Part shown: positions 32,295 through 41,188 of the stretch, one piece after another | How the letters are laid out: the number at the start of each line of letters is the position of its first letter | Numbering within the stretch: the stretch's first letter is position 1 | Origin: a virus | Reading direction: 5' to 3' (one strand) | DNA length: 64,000 nucleotides | Virus record (IMG/VR): IMGVR_UViG_3300032282_002092 | Coordinates: 9,458 to 73,457 of that record | Notes under the pieces: model-generated | Told to the model about the DNA's origin: nothing | Databases searched by the model: none | Seen by the model: the letters and a program-made list of their open reading frames with translations, nothing else | Made by a program: the position numbers and the translations under genes

Positions 32295-33581
32295 TCAGTT
32301 GGTGACCATCTTGCAGACGGCCGACTCCGTGATAAGACCCCAACCCCAGATGGCGTACCAAGCGAGGGCGTGCTCACGACCGAAGTCAAGAACACCACCA
32401 TCACGCAGTTCCACCGGGAGGCTGATGGCCTGACCGAAGGCGTTGTCACCGATCATCAGAGCCTCGTAGGCGTTGCCCTGCGGCACCCACGGCTGGCCCC
32501 ACGCCGGGGTAGCGATACCGTCAACACCGGTCTGACCGTCCGCACGACCGTCCTCGTAGGCCGCTGGAACACCGTCGGGCGTGATGAGATCCTCACGGAA
32601 ATCGGCCGAGTACTGACTCGGCTCCACGGTACGTCCACCGGGAACACCGTCCTGCGGATCATCCATCGTGGACGAAAGCGGTGCGCCGATCTGGGTCGTC
32701 TCAATGAAGACAACGTCGTTCAGACGGCCAATTTCGCCAAGCATGAAGTTACCGGGGGCGGCGTACTTGGTGACCTCAATCCACTCAGGAGTGTCACGCA
32801 GACGGCGTGACTGGTGCGGGTGGATGAAGGCTACGTACGTCTCGCCAAGGCGAGGGATGTTCTTGGAGGCCAGAACCTCAACTGCGTCCTTCACCGTGTG
32901 CGGGTGGAGGAAGTAGTCGTCACCAGCAACAACCGCAGCAACGTCCGAGGCCGGAGTACCGGCCTCGTAGATGCCGTAGCCGGTGTTGATAGCGGACGGC
33001 TTCTGACGGCCGAACACCACCGAAGCGGCACGCTGGAGGGTCTGACGAGCCTGCGTGTCCATGTAGAGCGCCATGTTGCGACCAAGGAGACGCGAGGCCG
33101 AAGCCATAACGTCATCGAACGAAGCGTTCAGGAGCAACTCCGAAACGGCAACGCCGAAGCCCTGCTCTGCAACCGTGATGCTGTACTGGTTGGCCGTGAT
33201 TGCGTTGGTACGCATACGGACACCTTCAACCAGCGGACCCGCCGGGATGGGGAGGTTGTTGTAACGCATGAAGTTGACGACCAGACCCGGCATAACGCCA
33301 AGTTCCGTCTTCTTCACGGCGAACTGCTCAAACCGCAGGACCGGCATGGACTGGAACAGGATCTCCTTAGACCAAATGGTCTGGATAGCCGGTCCCATCA
33401 TGGAGGTACCAGTGGTAATGCCAGCAGCGTTACCGACACCCGTGTTGTTGAAGCCGGTGGAGGCATCATAGCCAACCGCCGACGTGTACTGACTGTTTGC
33501 ACCACCGGTACCGACTCGCGTCGTACCCGTGATACCGGACGAAACGGGCAACTGCCCGCCGAGGCCATCTCCTACGGCCAT
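32295..33581 (-). CDS. Major capsid protein (HK97 fold, N4 gp56-like family)
   Basis: PVLRFEQFA, PLVEG, YVAFIHP, GEIGRL..V.FIET and DFGR...LAWYAIWG motifs; follows portal and scaffold. Confidence 0.9.
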   Translation of the reverse strand: MAVGDGLGGQLPVSSGITGTTRVGTGGANSQYTSAVGYDASTGFNNTGVGNAAGITTGTSMMGPAIQTIWSKEILFQSMPVLRFEQFAVKKTELGVMPGLVVNFMRYNNLPIPAGPLVEGVRMRTNAITANQYSITVAEQGFGVAVSELLLNASFDDVMASASRLLGRNMALYMDTQARQTLQRAASVVFGRQKPSAINTGYGIYEAGTPASDVAAVVAGDDYFLHPHTVKDAVEVLASKNIPRLGETYVAFIHPHQSRRLRDTPEWIEVTKYAAPGNFMLGEIGRLNDVVFIETTQIGAPLSSTMDDPQDGVPGGRTVEPSQYSADFREDLITPDGVPAAYEDGRADGQTGVDGIATPAWGQPWVPQGNAYEALMIGDNAFGQAISLPVELRDGGVLDFGREHALAWYAIWGWGLITESAVCKMVTN

Positions 33582-33618
33582 AATTTTACTCCTTGTTAGA
33601 GGTTAAGTTGATAACGGC

Positions 33619-34443
33619 CTATCGGCCCCTGTACTGGTTCCTTGCCTGAGCGAGGAGACTGTCTCGGTAGCGTTTGTACGTTTCGATGTCCATTGACCGG
33701 ATGTCCTCCGGTGTCAACGATTGGTATGTCTGCATTTGCTCCAAAGGACCGACTGGCGGGGCTGTCGGAGACGCACCCCGTGGCATCGGCATTTGCTGCT
33801 GATATGTTACAGCAGATATGTTTCCAACAATTGCATTCGTACGCGCTTTTGCGTCTTCAATTGATTGGTCGATTTCCTCAATCGTGTTTCCACGAATATA
33901 GTCTCGCAGTTCGGGCAGAATTTCTTCTGCATCCTGCTGAATGCGCTCACTGCGATAGCGCTCCAGTTCGCCAAGGCGCTTCTCCATCTCGTAGACGGCC
34001 CGATCATTCTCGGACTTCTTCTCAAGTTGCTGGAAGCGATCATTCCACTCCTGCTCCTTGCGAGAAAGGAGATCCCGAACTTCAAGTTCGGCCTCTTCCT
34101 TGCGCTTGGCTTCTGCCGAAAGACGAAGTGCCTCCTCGTCCTTCTGACGCGCGAGTTCCTCACGCTCCTTCTGCATGGCCTTGAGTTGCTCCTCCATCTG
34201 GTTCAGACGGGGGTACAACTTGTCCTTCTCCTGCTGGCGTGCCTTCTCAATATCCTCTTCAGAGAAGAATCGGCTATTGGTCGTGACCCCATTAGGAACA
34301 TTTCCGTTAGTAACAACAGCCTGAATCGGCTGACTCACTGACTGTGCCGCATTCTGCGTCGGCCAGTCCATTGCATTTCGGGGCTGTGCAGGCTCCACGC
34401 CTGCGATAAATCCCGTACCAGTGTCAACTGCATTTTGACCCAT
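33619..34443 (-). CDS. Capsid scaffolding protein
   Basis: Charged coiled-coil between portal and major capsid gene; C-terminal I.SM....Y..YR..L. Confidence 0.75.
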   Translation of the reverse strand: MGQNAVDTGTGFIAGVEPAQPRNAMDWPTQNAAQSVSQPIQAVVTNGNVPNGVTTNSRFFSEEDIEKARQQEKDKLYPRLNQMEEQLKAMQKEREELARQKDEEALRLSAEAKRKEEAELEVRDLLSRKEQEWNDRFQQLEKKSENDRAVYEMEKRLGELERYRSERIQQDAEEILPELRDYIRGNTIEEIDQSIEDAKARTNAIVGNISAVTYQQQMPMPRGASPTAPPVGPLEQMQTYQSLTPEDIRSMDIETYKRYRDSLLAQARNQYRGR

Positions 34444-34517
34444 TTTTCACCTTTTTCTAAACAGTACGTTGTCCGGTAACTCAAATGTATAGCACATTTT
34501 GCGCCATTGCACCGGTA

Positions 34518-36185
34518 TTACGGATTTGAAGAATCAAAATCCACGGTTTCCGGTGGGATAGGCTGATAAGCAAGTGTAAATAGTTCCTGAGCAAGTGCGG
34601 GATCGACAACCGGCGTAGGCCCGACCGGATTGCCATTTTCATCTACTTGACCGGGTACCACGAGTGGTTGACCGTCGGGGGTCATACCGGTTGCCTGCAT
34701 GATGAACTGTGCGATTTGGCTCTGGATAAGTTGCAGGGCACCCTGCTCCTTGGAATCCTCAACCAACTCTTCAAAGATTTCTCGGACCTTCTGATCTGGG
34801 AACTGAACCCCAAGATCACGAAGCGCTCCACGCTTGGACTCCAGACCCATAGCCATCTTTGCCTGAATCTCGTTGATCTTGACGAACACGTCCATCGGGA
34901 GTGGTGAGGGCCAGTCGATGTAGGTCCGGTAACTCGTGGAGTCACGGGGATCAAGTTCGGGATACTGCCCCGGCTTCAGCATGGCCCCAGAAATCATGGG
35001 GTTATAGATCGACTTCTCAGGTGCGTACAGGAAGACGTGCTTCATAATGAGACGGTTGATTGTCTCAAACAACTTTGTATAGACGACCTTCTTGCGCTCC
35101 CATTTCAGCATCAGCGGCTGATACTGCATAGCCAGAGCGGTGCCCGACGTATTGGAGATCGGCTGTGTCTGTCCAAGCGCACCGGTAGGAACGCCGGTGA
35201 ACTCGTGCATGGACTGCTTCAGCAGTTCCATGTAGCCAAGGGGACCGGTGAAGTTGGTCTGCAACTCCAAGTTCTGGATCGTTGCGTCCTTGTTACCGAT
35301 GGCCCAAACCTTCTTGGGACCCTTTTCAAGGTTCGATGCCTTGGCACCGATAATGACGGTAACCGGGCTGGCGTGGTAGTTGATCACGTCAGAGATGTTG
35401 GTGGCACGCTCGTTGTACTCACGGTTCAGGCCAATGATGTCCTGAATATCAGAGAGTCCCCAAGGGCTGGAGGCGACCGGGAAGTTCGGACAGAAGGCGA
35501 CAGGAATCTCGCCAAGGGGATTGGGGCGAGCATCGATCAACTCGTCGTTGATGTACTCCTCAATCGTGTCCTCGGTCATCAGTTCAACGTAAGTGAAGAC
35601 CTGACGGGTGCCGTCCTGTGCGGTGCCCCAAAACTTGTACTTCAACTTGAAACGGATCAAGCGGGTACGGTCGTGAGGGTGGAACTCGGGGAAGCAGAAA
35701 GCCGGGTTCAGTGGAAGGATACGAATCTTGCCGTTATGAGGAATACCGGCAGCATCGACGTACGGGTCTTCCCATGCGACCTTGACGAACGAGTCACCGG
35801 AAACCGAACCCAACTGGCCGATTTCCATGATCACGTCGGCCTTGTGATTGTGGATCTCCCATACCTCTTTGAGGATGTGCGGAACAATCGCAGACGTGGC
35901 CTCGGGGCTGTGGAAGTTAACGCCCTTACCGAACGTGAAGTTGACGAGATAATCGGAGAATGCCTTGACCCAGTTGAAGGTCAACTGCGGTTCGCCAGCC
36001 TCACGGCGATATGCCCAGTGGTGGCCCAGATACCAAGCCCAGTTAGAGGCATATCGGTTTAAGCGGGGACCGTGAACCTCAAACTCTTCATCAGCAAGTT
36101 CCACCAGTCCAAGTGGACTGATTGCGATGGTAAGATCAGACTGCGAAGCCCGGTAGGATGGAGACTGAAACGAGATGCCTGCCAC
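34518..36185 (-). CDS. Portal protein (SPP1-like)
   Basis: W..YLGHHW, VSGD.FVKV, GEIPV...PN, WGLSDI and SGTAL motifs. Confidence 0.9.
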   Translation of the reverse strand: MAGISFQSPSYRASQSDLTIAISPLGLVELADEEFEVHGPRLNRYASNWAWYLGHHWAYRREAGEPQLTFNWVKAFSDYLVNFTFGKGVNFHSPEATSAIVPHILKEVWEIHNHKADVIMEIGQLGSVSGDSFVKVAWEDPYVDAAGIPHNGKIRILPLNPAFCFPEFHPHDRTRLIRFKLKYKFWGTAQDGTRQVFTYVELMTEDTIEEYINDELIDARPNPLGEIPVAFCPNFPVASSPWGLSDIQDIIGLNREYNERATNISDVINYHASPVTVIIGAKASNLEKGPKKVWAIGNKDATIQNLELQTNFTGPLGYMELLKQSMHEFTGVPTGALGQTQPISNTSGTALAMQYQPLMLKWERKKVVYTKLFETINRLIMKHVFLYAPEKSIYNPMISGAMLKPGQYPELDPRDSTSYRTYIDWPSPLPMDVFVKINEIQAKMAMGLESKRGALRDLGVQFPDQKVREIFEELVEDSKEQGALQLIQSQIAQFIMQATGMTPDGQPLVVPGQVDENGNPVGPTPVVDPALAQELFTLAYQPIPPETVDFDSSNP

Positions 36186-36252
36186 TACGCCCTCAAACTA
36201 TCCGTAAATGTTGAACTCATCTTACACCCGATTTAACCACTTGTTGAACTAA

Positions 36253-36483
36253 TTGGAGAATTCTGTGATTGAACTTACTGTTTCAGATGCCGCAGTAGTA
36301 TTTAGTATTGTTGAGGCCTTGTCGGGGCCGCTTGACGATGCTACATATGTGAAAGTGCTTCAGGAAGCACGCTTTGTACTTCCAAAAATTGTTGAGGCAT
36401 TTGACAAGGCAGGCTTAAGTGTCCTTGATGTAGACTTGCCAAAGATCCCGCTCATAGCACCCGGTAGTAAGCACCACTGCTAA
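36253..36483 (+). CDS. Small hypothetical protein
   Basis: Fills an intergenic gap; GGAG before the GTG at 36265; converges on the stop of the next gene. Confidence 0.45.
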   Translation: MENSVIELTVSDAAVVFSIVEALSGPLDDATYVKVLQEARFVLPKIVEAFDKAGLSVLDVDLPKIPLIAPGSKHHC

Positions 36484-37394
36484 CGGTAAAAGCCCTCAGG
36501 GGTTTTTCCAGTGTATGGGTCAAAGTATGCCTGACCCACACGAGTGGGACCGCTTCCTCTAGTTTCGTTTAACTGCTCAATACCGTGCTTCATGTGAACC
36601 CATGAAATCGCTTGGCTTTCTGAAGGAAGTAAGCCCATAGCATTAGCAACAGCAGTGTAGATATTCTGCATGTGCTCATATCTAGTGACTTTTCCTGTCT
36701 TAGTTCTAAACGAGTCAATACCGCGACCCGACTCCCAAGGCCTGAGTCTGTTGGTAGCAACGTCATATGCACGTCCGTCTACCGTCAAGAATCTGGGGTC
36801 AGATGGATCGTGAATGTTATGCATAAAGTTGTACGTCTTAGGTCCGTGCATTACCGCTTCAGGATCTTCACCTTGGATGAGGCGACCGGCTGTAATTAAA
36901 GCGTGCGTTGGAGCACGAGACACGGACAGACCTTTTACATGCTCTCTAGCGCCGGGACGGTTATTAATGATGTCATCCCATTGATGCGGCTTAAGTCTTT
37001 TTAATTCATCCAGAGCGTGAATATTGCTCTCTTCCCAATCCATATTGGGGCTAACCGCTGCAACAAGTCCTGAGCCTGAAAGGTGAGGATCAGATGCATT
37101 CGATAAGAATCCACCGCTAACCGCTTTAGATACAGCGTCGTGAACGCTTGGATACCAAATCTTGCCAGCAGCAACTTCACGGGGAGAAGCGTTTTCTATT
37201 GAGTGGATGACATTCGACATGGCAATATGTCGATTTGCACCGTGATCAAGGTTAACCATTGGAAAACTCCACGACATTTCTGGAGCACCACTTGGGTGGA
37301 ATTTAGGTTCTCCAGCCTTTGTGTGAACTTGGTACTGATGGCCTTGCCCGCCCAATTGAGGAAACAGTAACGTCCCACGAGAAGTTTGCCTCAT
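36480..37394 (-). CDS. HhH-GPD DNA glycosylase-like protein
   Basis: WY...AAVSP...W..N...GPKTYNF..NI...TVDG.A...QAISW pattern. Confidence 0.55.
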   Translation of the reverse strand: MRQTSRGTLLFPQLGGQGHQYQVHTKAGEPKFHPSGAPEMSWSFPMVNLDHGANRHIAMSNVIHSIENASPREVAAGKIWYPSVHDAVSKAVSGGFLSNASDPHLSGSGLVAAVSPNMDWEESNIHALDELKRLKPHQWDDIINNRPGAREHVKGLSVSRAPTHALITAGRLIQGEDPEAVMHGPKTYNFMHNIHDPSDPRFLTVDGRAYDVATNRLRPWESGRGIDSFRTKTGKVTRYEHMQNIYTAVANAMGLLPSESQAISWVHMKHGIEQLNETRGSGPTRVGQAYFDPYTGKTPEGFYR

Positions 37395-37544
37395 CTATAA
37401 ATCCTTTTTAATAGTGTCAACATGTTCGTATCCAAACATATACATGGGGGGCAACGACAGTTCTCCCGTCGCCTCAATCTCAGCGATTGCGGCCTCAAAC
37501 CACTCCATGCGCTTAATTTCCTCGTTTACGAATTCCGGTGTCAA
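37395..37544 (-). CDS. Small hypothetical protein
   Basis: Probable TTG start eight nt after GGAG; the stop abuts the next ATG. Confidence 0.35.
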   Translation of the reverse strand: MTPEFVNEEIKRMEWFEAAIAEIEATGELSLPPMYMFGYEHVDTIKKDL

Positions 37545-37563
37545 TTTATATGCTCCAATTAGT

Positions 37564-38358
37564 TTAACTTGTTGTACCAGTTTTTGCAGCGTTGCGCTTG
37601 TTCTGCTTGTTCTCTCGGTCCTTGCGCTTACGCTCTTCTGCCTGCTCGGGAGTCTCGTTACGCTTCTCGCTCTTGGGATAGTTCTCAAGGTCAGAAACTT
37701 CCCAGTCAGGATTACCTGCAATATATGCACGGGGATCACGTTCTACGCTGCGGCCGAAATACGTGGAGTGGGCAGCGTTGATATCGGCAAAACCGGGGTT
37801 CCCCGACCAATCTTCATACACGAGGTTATCGGCCATATTTGCTGCAATAAAATTGCGCACACGGGAAGCCTGCTTGGACGTTTTGTCATCTGGGTAAATC
37901 TTTTTGCCACTGAAGAAAGTGCCGCTTTCGTCAGGTTCAATGCCATTTTCCCTAAGGAAATCTCGAGCCGTATCAAGATTAGGGTGCCCTGAAACCCCAG
38001 TACGCTGCTGGGAAAGAATGTTATAACGCTCTAACAGACCACGGCGATAGGCGCTCTCACGCTGCGCAGCGTCATCCAAGATCAAGTTCTTGGGGACATG
38101 GGTAGGCAGACCACGTTCAAGCGCAAGTGGCTTATGGATAAGCGCATCCTCATTTGCGCCAAAGGATGTGGGATCAGACCGGTCAACCGATGCGGGCATT
38201 ACGACCCCATTGGTCTTGGGACCGCCCGCAATCTTCTTGGACTTACCGGTGTCCTCGCCGTACATGCTGATTGCATCAAGGCCGCTCTGCCAGTCAACAG
38301 CACTGGGAGCAGGCTGCTGACTAACAAGCCGATAAGGCTGTCGTCTAGAACTAACCAT
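37564..38358 (-). CDS. Hypothetical protein
   Basis: 264 aa, coupled to the upstream ORF; Arg-rich start MVSSRR. Confidence 0.65.
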   Translation of the reverse strand: MVSSRRQPYRLVSQQPAPSAVDWQSGLDAISMYGEDTGKSKKIAGGPKTNGVVMPASVDRSDPTSFGANEDALIHKPLALERGLPTHVPKNLILDDAAQRESAYRRGLLERYNILSQQRTGVSGHPNLDTARDFLRENGIEPDESGTFFSGKKIYPDDKTSKQASRVRNFIAANMADNLVYEDWSGNPGFADINAAHSTYFGRSVERDPRAYIAGNPDWEVSDLENYPKSEKRNETPEQAEERKRKDRENKQNKRNAAKTGTTS

Positions 38359-38677
38359 TGTGGCTCCTCGGCTTCTTGAATCCCTTTGAAATGTTCACCC
38401 GCCGCTTGTTCTCCAGTACGGCAGGCATACTGATATATCTGGGCTGCAATGTGGGCGGTAACTGGTACTTCTTCAGATATTTCGTGTGTACATCAGCAAG
38501 GTGTTTCGGCACCGTGTTGAGATACTCAAATCCTCCCGGCACCCGGTCAGTCGGCTTAATGATAAACGGCTTGACATTCACCTTGGGTCGCCCCGGCATA
38601 GCCGGGGCAATGACCTTAGGGGTGAGCGGTTGGAAGTTAGTCATCAGTCGGTAGTACCGTTTCGTAAATCGATCCAC
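38351..38677 (-). CDS. Basic hypothetical protein
   Basis: Part of a coupled ORF chain. Confidence 0.5.
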   Translation of the reverse strand: MDRFTKRYYRLMTNFQPLTPKVIAPAMPGRPKVNVKPFIIKPTDRVPGGFEYLNTVPKHLADVHTKYLKKYQLPPTLQPRYISMPAVLENKRRVNISKGFKKPRSHNG

Positions 38678-38919
38678 GGGGTGGACTGATAACCTTTCAC
38701 ATTGCCCATGGCAAGGTGATGCATCAGCGCTTTATAGCGGGGTCCTTGGTGCTCAACCTGCCACTCCCACCTACTTTGATCAAGACGACCTTCCGTCGCC
38801 CTGTGTATATCGTAACCAACAGACATACCAATATCTGCAAGTCCGATATGTCGATCTACCTTGCGGTTGGGATCGTTCTCTCGGCGTGGGTGATGGTCTG
38901 GATGATATCCAATTCCCAT
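38644..38919 (-). CDS. Hypothetical protein
   Basis: Part of a coupled ORF chain. Confidence 0.5.
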   Translation of the reverse strand: MGIGYHPDHHPRRENDPNRKVDRHIGLADIGMSVGYDIHRATEGRLDQSRWEWQVEHQGPRYKALMHHLAMGNVKGYQSTPWIDLRNGTTD

Positions 38920-38923
38920 CAGA

Positions 38924-39289
38924 TCAATCCGTGACGTTTGCGATGTTCGGACGGAGCAGACGGTACTCCGACCCTAACTCCAACTCAAACTCGGGCATGC
39001 CCATGCCAGCATGAGCACCGTAGACAAAGTCAGAAAGCATGGCCGGTGCCTCAATCCAAGTGGAGGAACCCATATGCACACGCTCGCGCATCGTCTCCAT
39101 CGGATCCTTGATCACCGTGAACGAACGGCCACGGTTGTCACCAGCGGTGTCGCCATAAGCGCCACGGCCAAACTCAAACGGGACATCGGTATCAGTAGCG
39201 ATGCCCTCCTCAAAGCGAAGGGGACCACGACGGTTGTAGTTAACCGCAAGATCACGCTCGTACTGAACCTCGGGCGGCGGGTATGCCAT
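38924..39289 (-). CDS. Hypothetical protein (possibly head-associated)
   Basis: Strong AGGAGG ribosome-binding site; codon bias like the capsid genes. Confidence 0.7.
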   Translation of the reverse strand: MAYPPPEVQYERDLAVNYNRRGPLRFEEGIATDTDVPFEFGRGAYGDTAGDNRGRSFTVIKDPMETMRERVHMGSSTWIEAPAMLSDFVYGAHAGMGMPEFELELGSEYRLLRPNIANVTD

Positions 39290-39353
39290 GTTAATTCCTC
39301 CTAGAAAGGACCGGTGTTGTAACTATATCAAACTATGAAGGGTATGTGCAAAA

Positions 39354-39500
39354 CTATTGGTGACTATTGCAAGTCCCCTTGCAGCCACATCCGCATTCCG
39401 TGGATTTGGCATTGGGGAAGTAGTGCGGATATGCAACTTGCGGTGGAGTCTTTCTCTCGCTGGAGAATCGCTGAAACACCGATGTAGGAATTGTAGTCAT
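39354..39500 (-). CDS. 48-aa Cys-tailed peptide (not in the ORF track)
   Basis: ATGA overlap with the upstream stop; MTTIPTSVFQRF...TECGCGCKGTCNSHQ. Confidence 0.45.
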   Translation of the reverse strand: MTTIPTSVFQRFSSERKTPPQVAYPHYFPNAKSTECGCGCKGTCNSHQ

Positions 39501-39781
39501 AATGATGGCTTCTCTACAGGCAACAGTTGGGTAGTTAAAACCTTCTCTATTGATAATACCATATTCATGGGTATACCGATAACGTGGTCAACCGTGTCAT
39601 TTGAGACATCGCAGGACTGTGCCAAAACAATGTGGCCGGGATCCAAGTCTGGAATAGCAAAACCTATGGAAACGATAATCCTCGGCTCTACCTCTAGGTC
39701 ACTTACTTCCGTCCAACTGAAACTTGGATGTATCGCCTGAGCGTCCATCCATCGGACAACGACCATTTGAAAGTCAGTCAT
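39497..39781 (-). CDS. Hypothetical protein (V.V.W.DA motif)
   Basis: VVVRWMDA...SIGF...IVLAQS...IP pattern, common in phages; ATGA overlap with the phosphoesterase stop. Confidence 0.6.
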   Translation of the reverse strand: MTDFQMVVVRWMDAQAIHPSFSWTEVSDLEVEPRIIVSIGFAIPDLDPGHIVLAQSCDVSNDTVDHVIGIPMNMVLSIEKVLTTQLLPVEKPSL

Positions 39782-40938
39782 ATGCTCGCCTTGTACGTTT
39801 GACCTCTCCAAGAGGCTCTACCTTGATGAATCGGAATCACTTCAACATGCCAGAAGCCGTCCTCTTCTTCCGTGACGACTGCCATGCCTTGCTGCCAATT
39901 CTCCCACCTTTTGAACGGTCGGCCGTGCTCATCCTCACCGGATTTGGTGGAGGGGACTGGCCCGTCAATGCGACAGAGGCAACCGGGACTGAAGGCGACG
40001 ACAGTCTCAGGATTGCCCCTGTATTCAAAGGTTTCGGTATGGAGAGCGATCCGGTGGATATGCCCTTGAACGAACGATTGCCTTTCGGACTTGGCTACCT
40101 TGACAACGTCAAGTTTCTCACCGTGGATTGCCCATAAGGGTGTAACACCGTTTCCACCCTCTGTAATCTGGATACGGCCCGCCGGGTACGCACCCATGTA
40201 CTTGACACCAATGTCATCCAGTCGGAGTAAGTACGGGATTGACAGGAGGGGCCATTCCTCGGGAGCGTTCGCACGCCTGAGCCGCATTGCGGCCATAGCG
40301 TTCTTTGCCACAGAGATCCCCAGCCGGTTATCATGATTACCGCCCAGCATGTAAATCTCGGCATCGGGAGCAGCCGCCCGCTGTTTAGCCAAGAACGTAT
40401 GGGCGTAGTCAACGGTCGGCTGTGTCGTGAGGACAAACTCAGGCAGAACGAGGAACTTGGATGACCACTCTGGCAGGTCCAGCGTGTCGCCCAGATTAAC
40501 GATTTTATCTGGTTTGATTTTGCTGGTAATTTGCAGTGCTACATCTATGGCACTTTCATCATGCGTGGCGATCATCTCACCATCAAGCATGCGTCGATAC
40601 CCAATCTGGGGATCGGGAAGGATCACCGTGATCTTTGTAGAACGGTTGATCGGCGCAGCCTTTATGGGCTTGATTACCGTCGGTGCCGCTGGCTGCACTA
40701 CCGGCCACTCTGGCCCGGTTTCCCATGAAGGGCTGAGAACAACACCGGCCATATCGACCGTGTGTGCCTCACCGTCTGCATCTTTGTAGAAGCCCTGCCA
40801 AATTTTGAGGGACTGGACCGCTCCGATGTCATCTACATCGATACCGGAGCGTTCTAACAGAGAGGCTAGTTTGCCCAGACGTTCTTTCGGCGTAACGGAC
40901 TTCGCTGCAAACTCGTCACTTAATTCTCCCACAGGCAC
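39778..40938 (-). CDS. Metallophosphoesterase (calcineurin-like)
   Basis: PDPQIG, LGDTLD, GNHD, HG and GHIH motifs. Confidence 0.85.
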   Translation of the reverse strand: MPVGELSDEFAAKSVTPKERLGKLASLLERSGIDVDDIGAVQSLKIWQGFYKDADGEAHTVDMAGVVLSPSWETGPEWPVVQPAAPTVIKPIKAAPINRSTKITVILPDPQIGYRRMLDGEMIATHDESAIDVALQITSKIKPDKIVNLGDTLDLPEWSSKFLVLPEFVLTTQPTVDYAHTFLAKQRAAAPDAEIYMLGGNHDNRLGISVAKNAMAAMRLRRANAPEEWPLLSIPYLLRLDDIGVKYMGAYPAGRIQITEGGNGVTPLWAIHGEKLDVVKVAKSERQSFVQGHIHRIALHTETFEYRGNPETVVAFSPGCLCRIDGPVPSTKSGEDEHGRPFKRWENWQQGMAVVTEEEDGFWHVEVIPIHQGRASWRGQTYKASI

Positions 40939-41188
40939 ACCTTTTCAGTTTGTGTCGTCGCACGGAGAAGTCCGAAATCACATAACCACGGTTGGTCAAC
41001 ACGGTGGCGATCACCGTGGCCTTGATGTTCGGATTATCCAGTGCGGCTACCAAGTCGTCTTTGTCCTGCTCAGACAGTTCTGACAGAACCAGCCAAACAG
41101 AGCATTTGACCCTATTCGGACCCTTGCTGTTCTCACGGTCGATCTCCTCAAGAAGACCTTCACGCTTCGATGTGTTCGCCATCGTCAT
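40916..41188 (-). CDS. Small HTH-like protein
   Basis: IA.VL...GY.IS..SVRRH; coupled to the phosphoesterase. Confidence 0.55.
   Translation of the reverse strand: MTMANTSKREGLLEEIDRENSKGPNRVKCSVWLVLSELSEQDKDDLVAALDNPNIKATVIATVLTNRGYVISDFSVRRHKLKRCACGRIK

Noticed and set aside
32814-36062. Plus-strand ORFs opposite the capsid and portal genes
   Set aside because: Shadow frames produced by strong codon bias.
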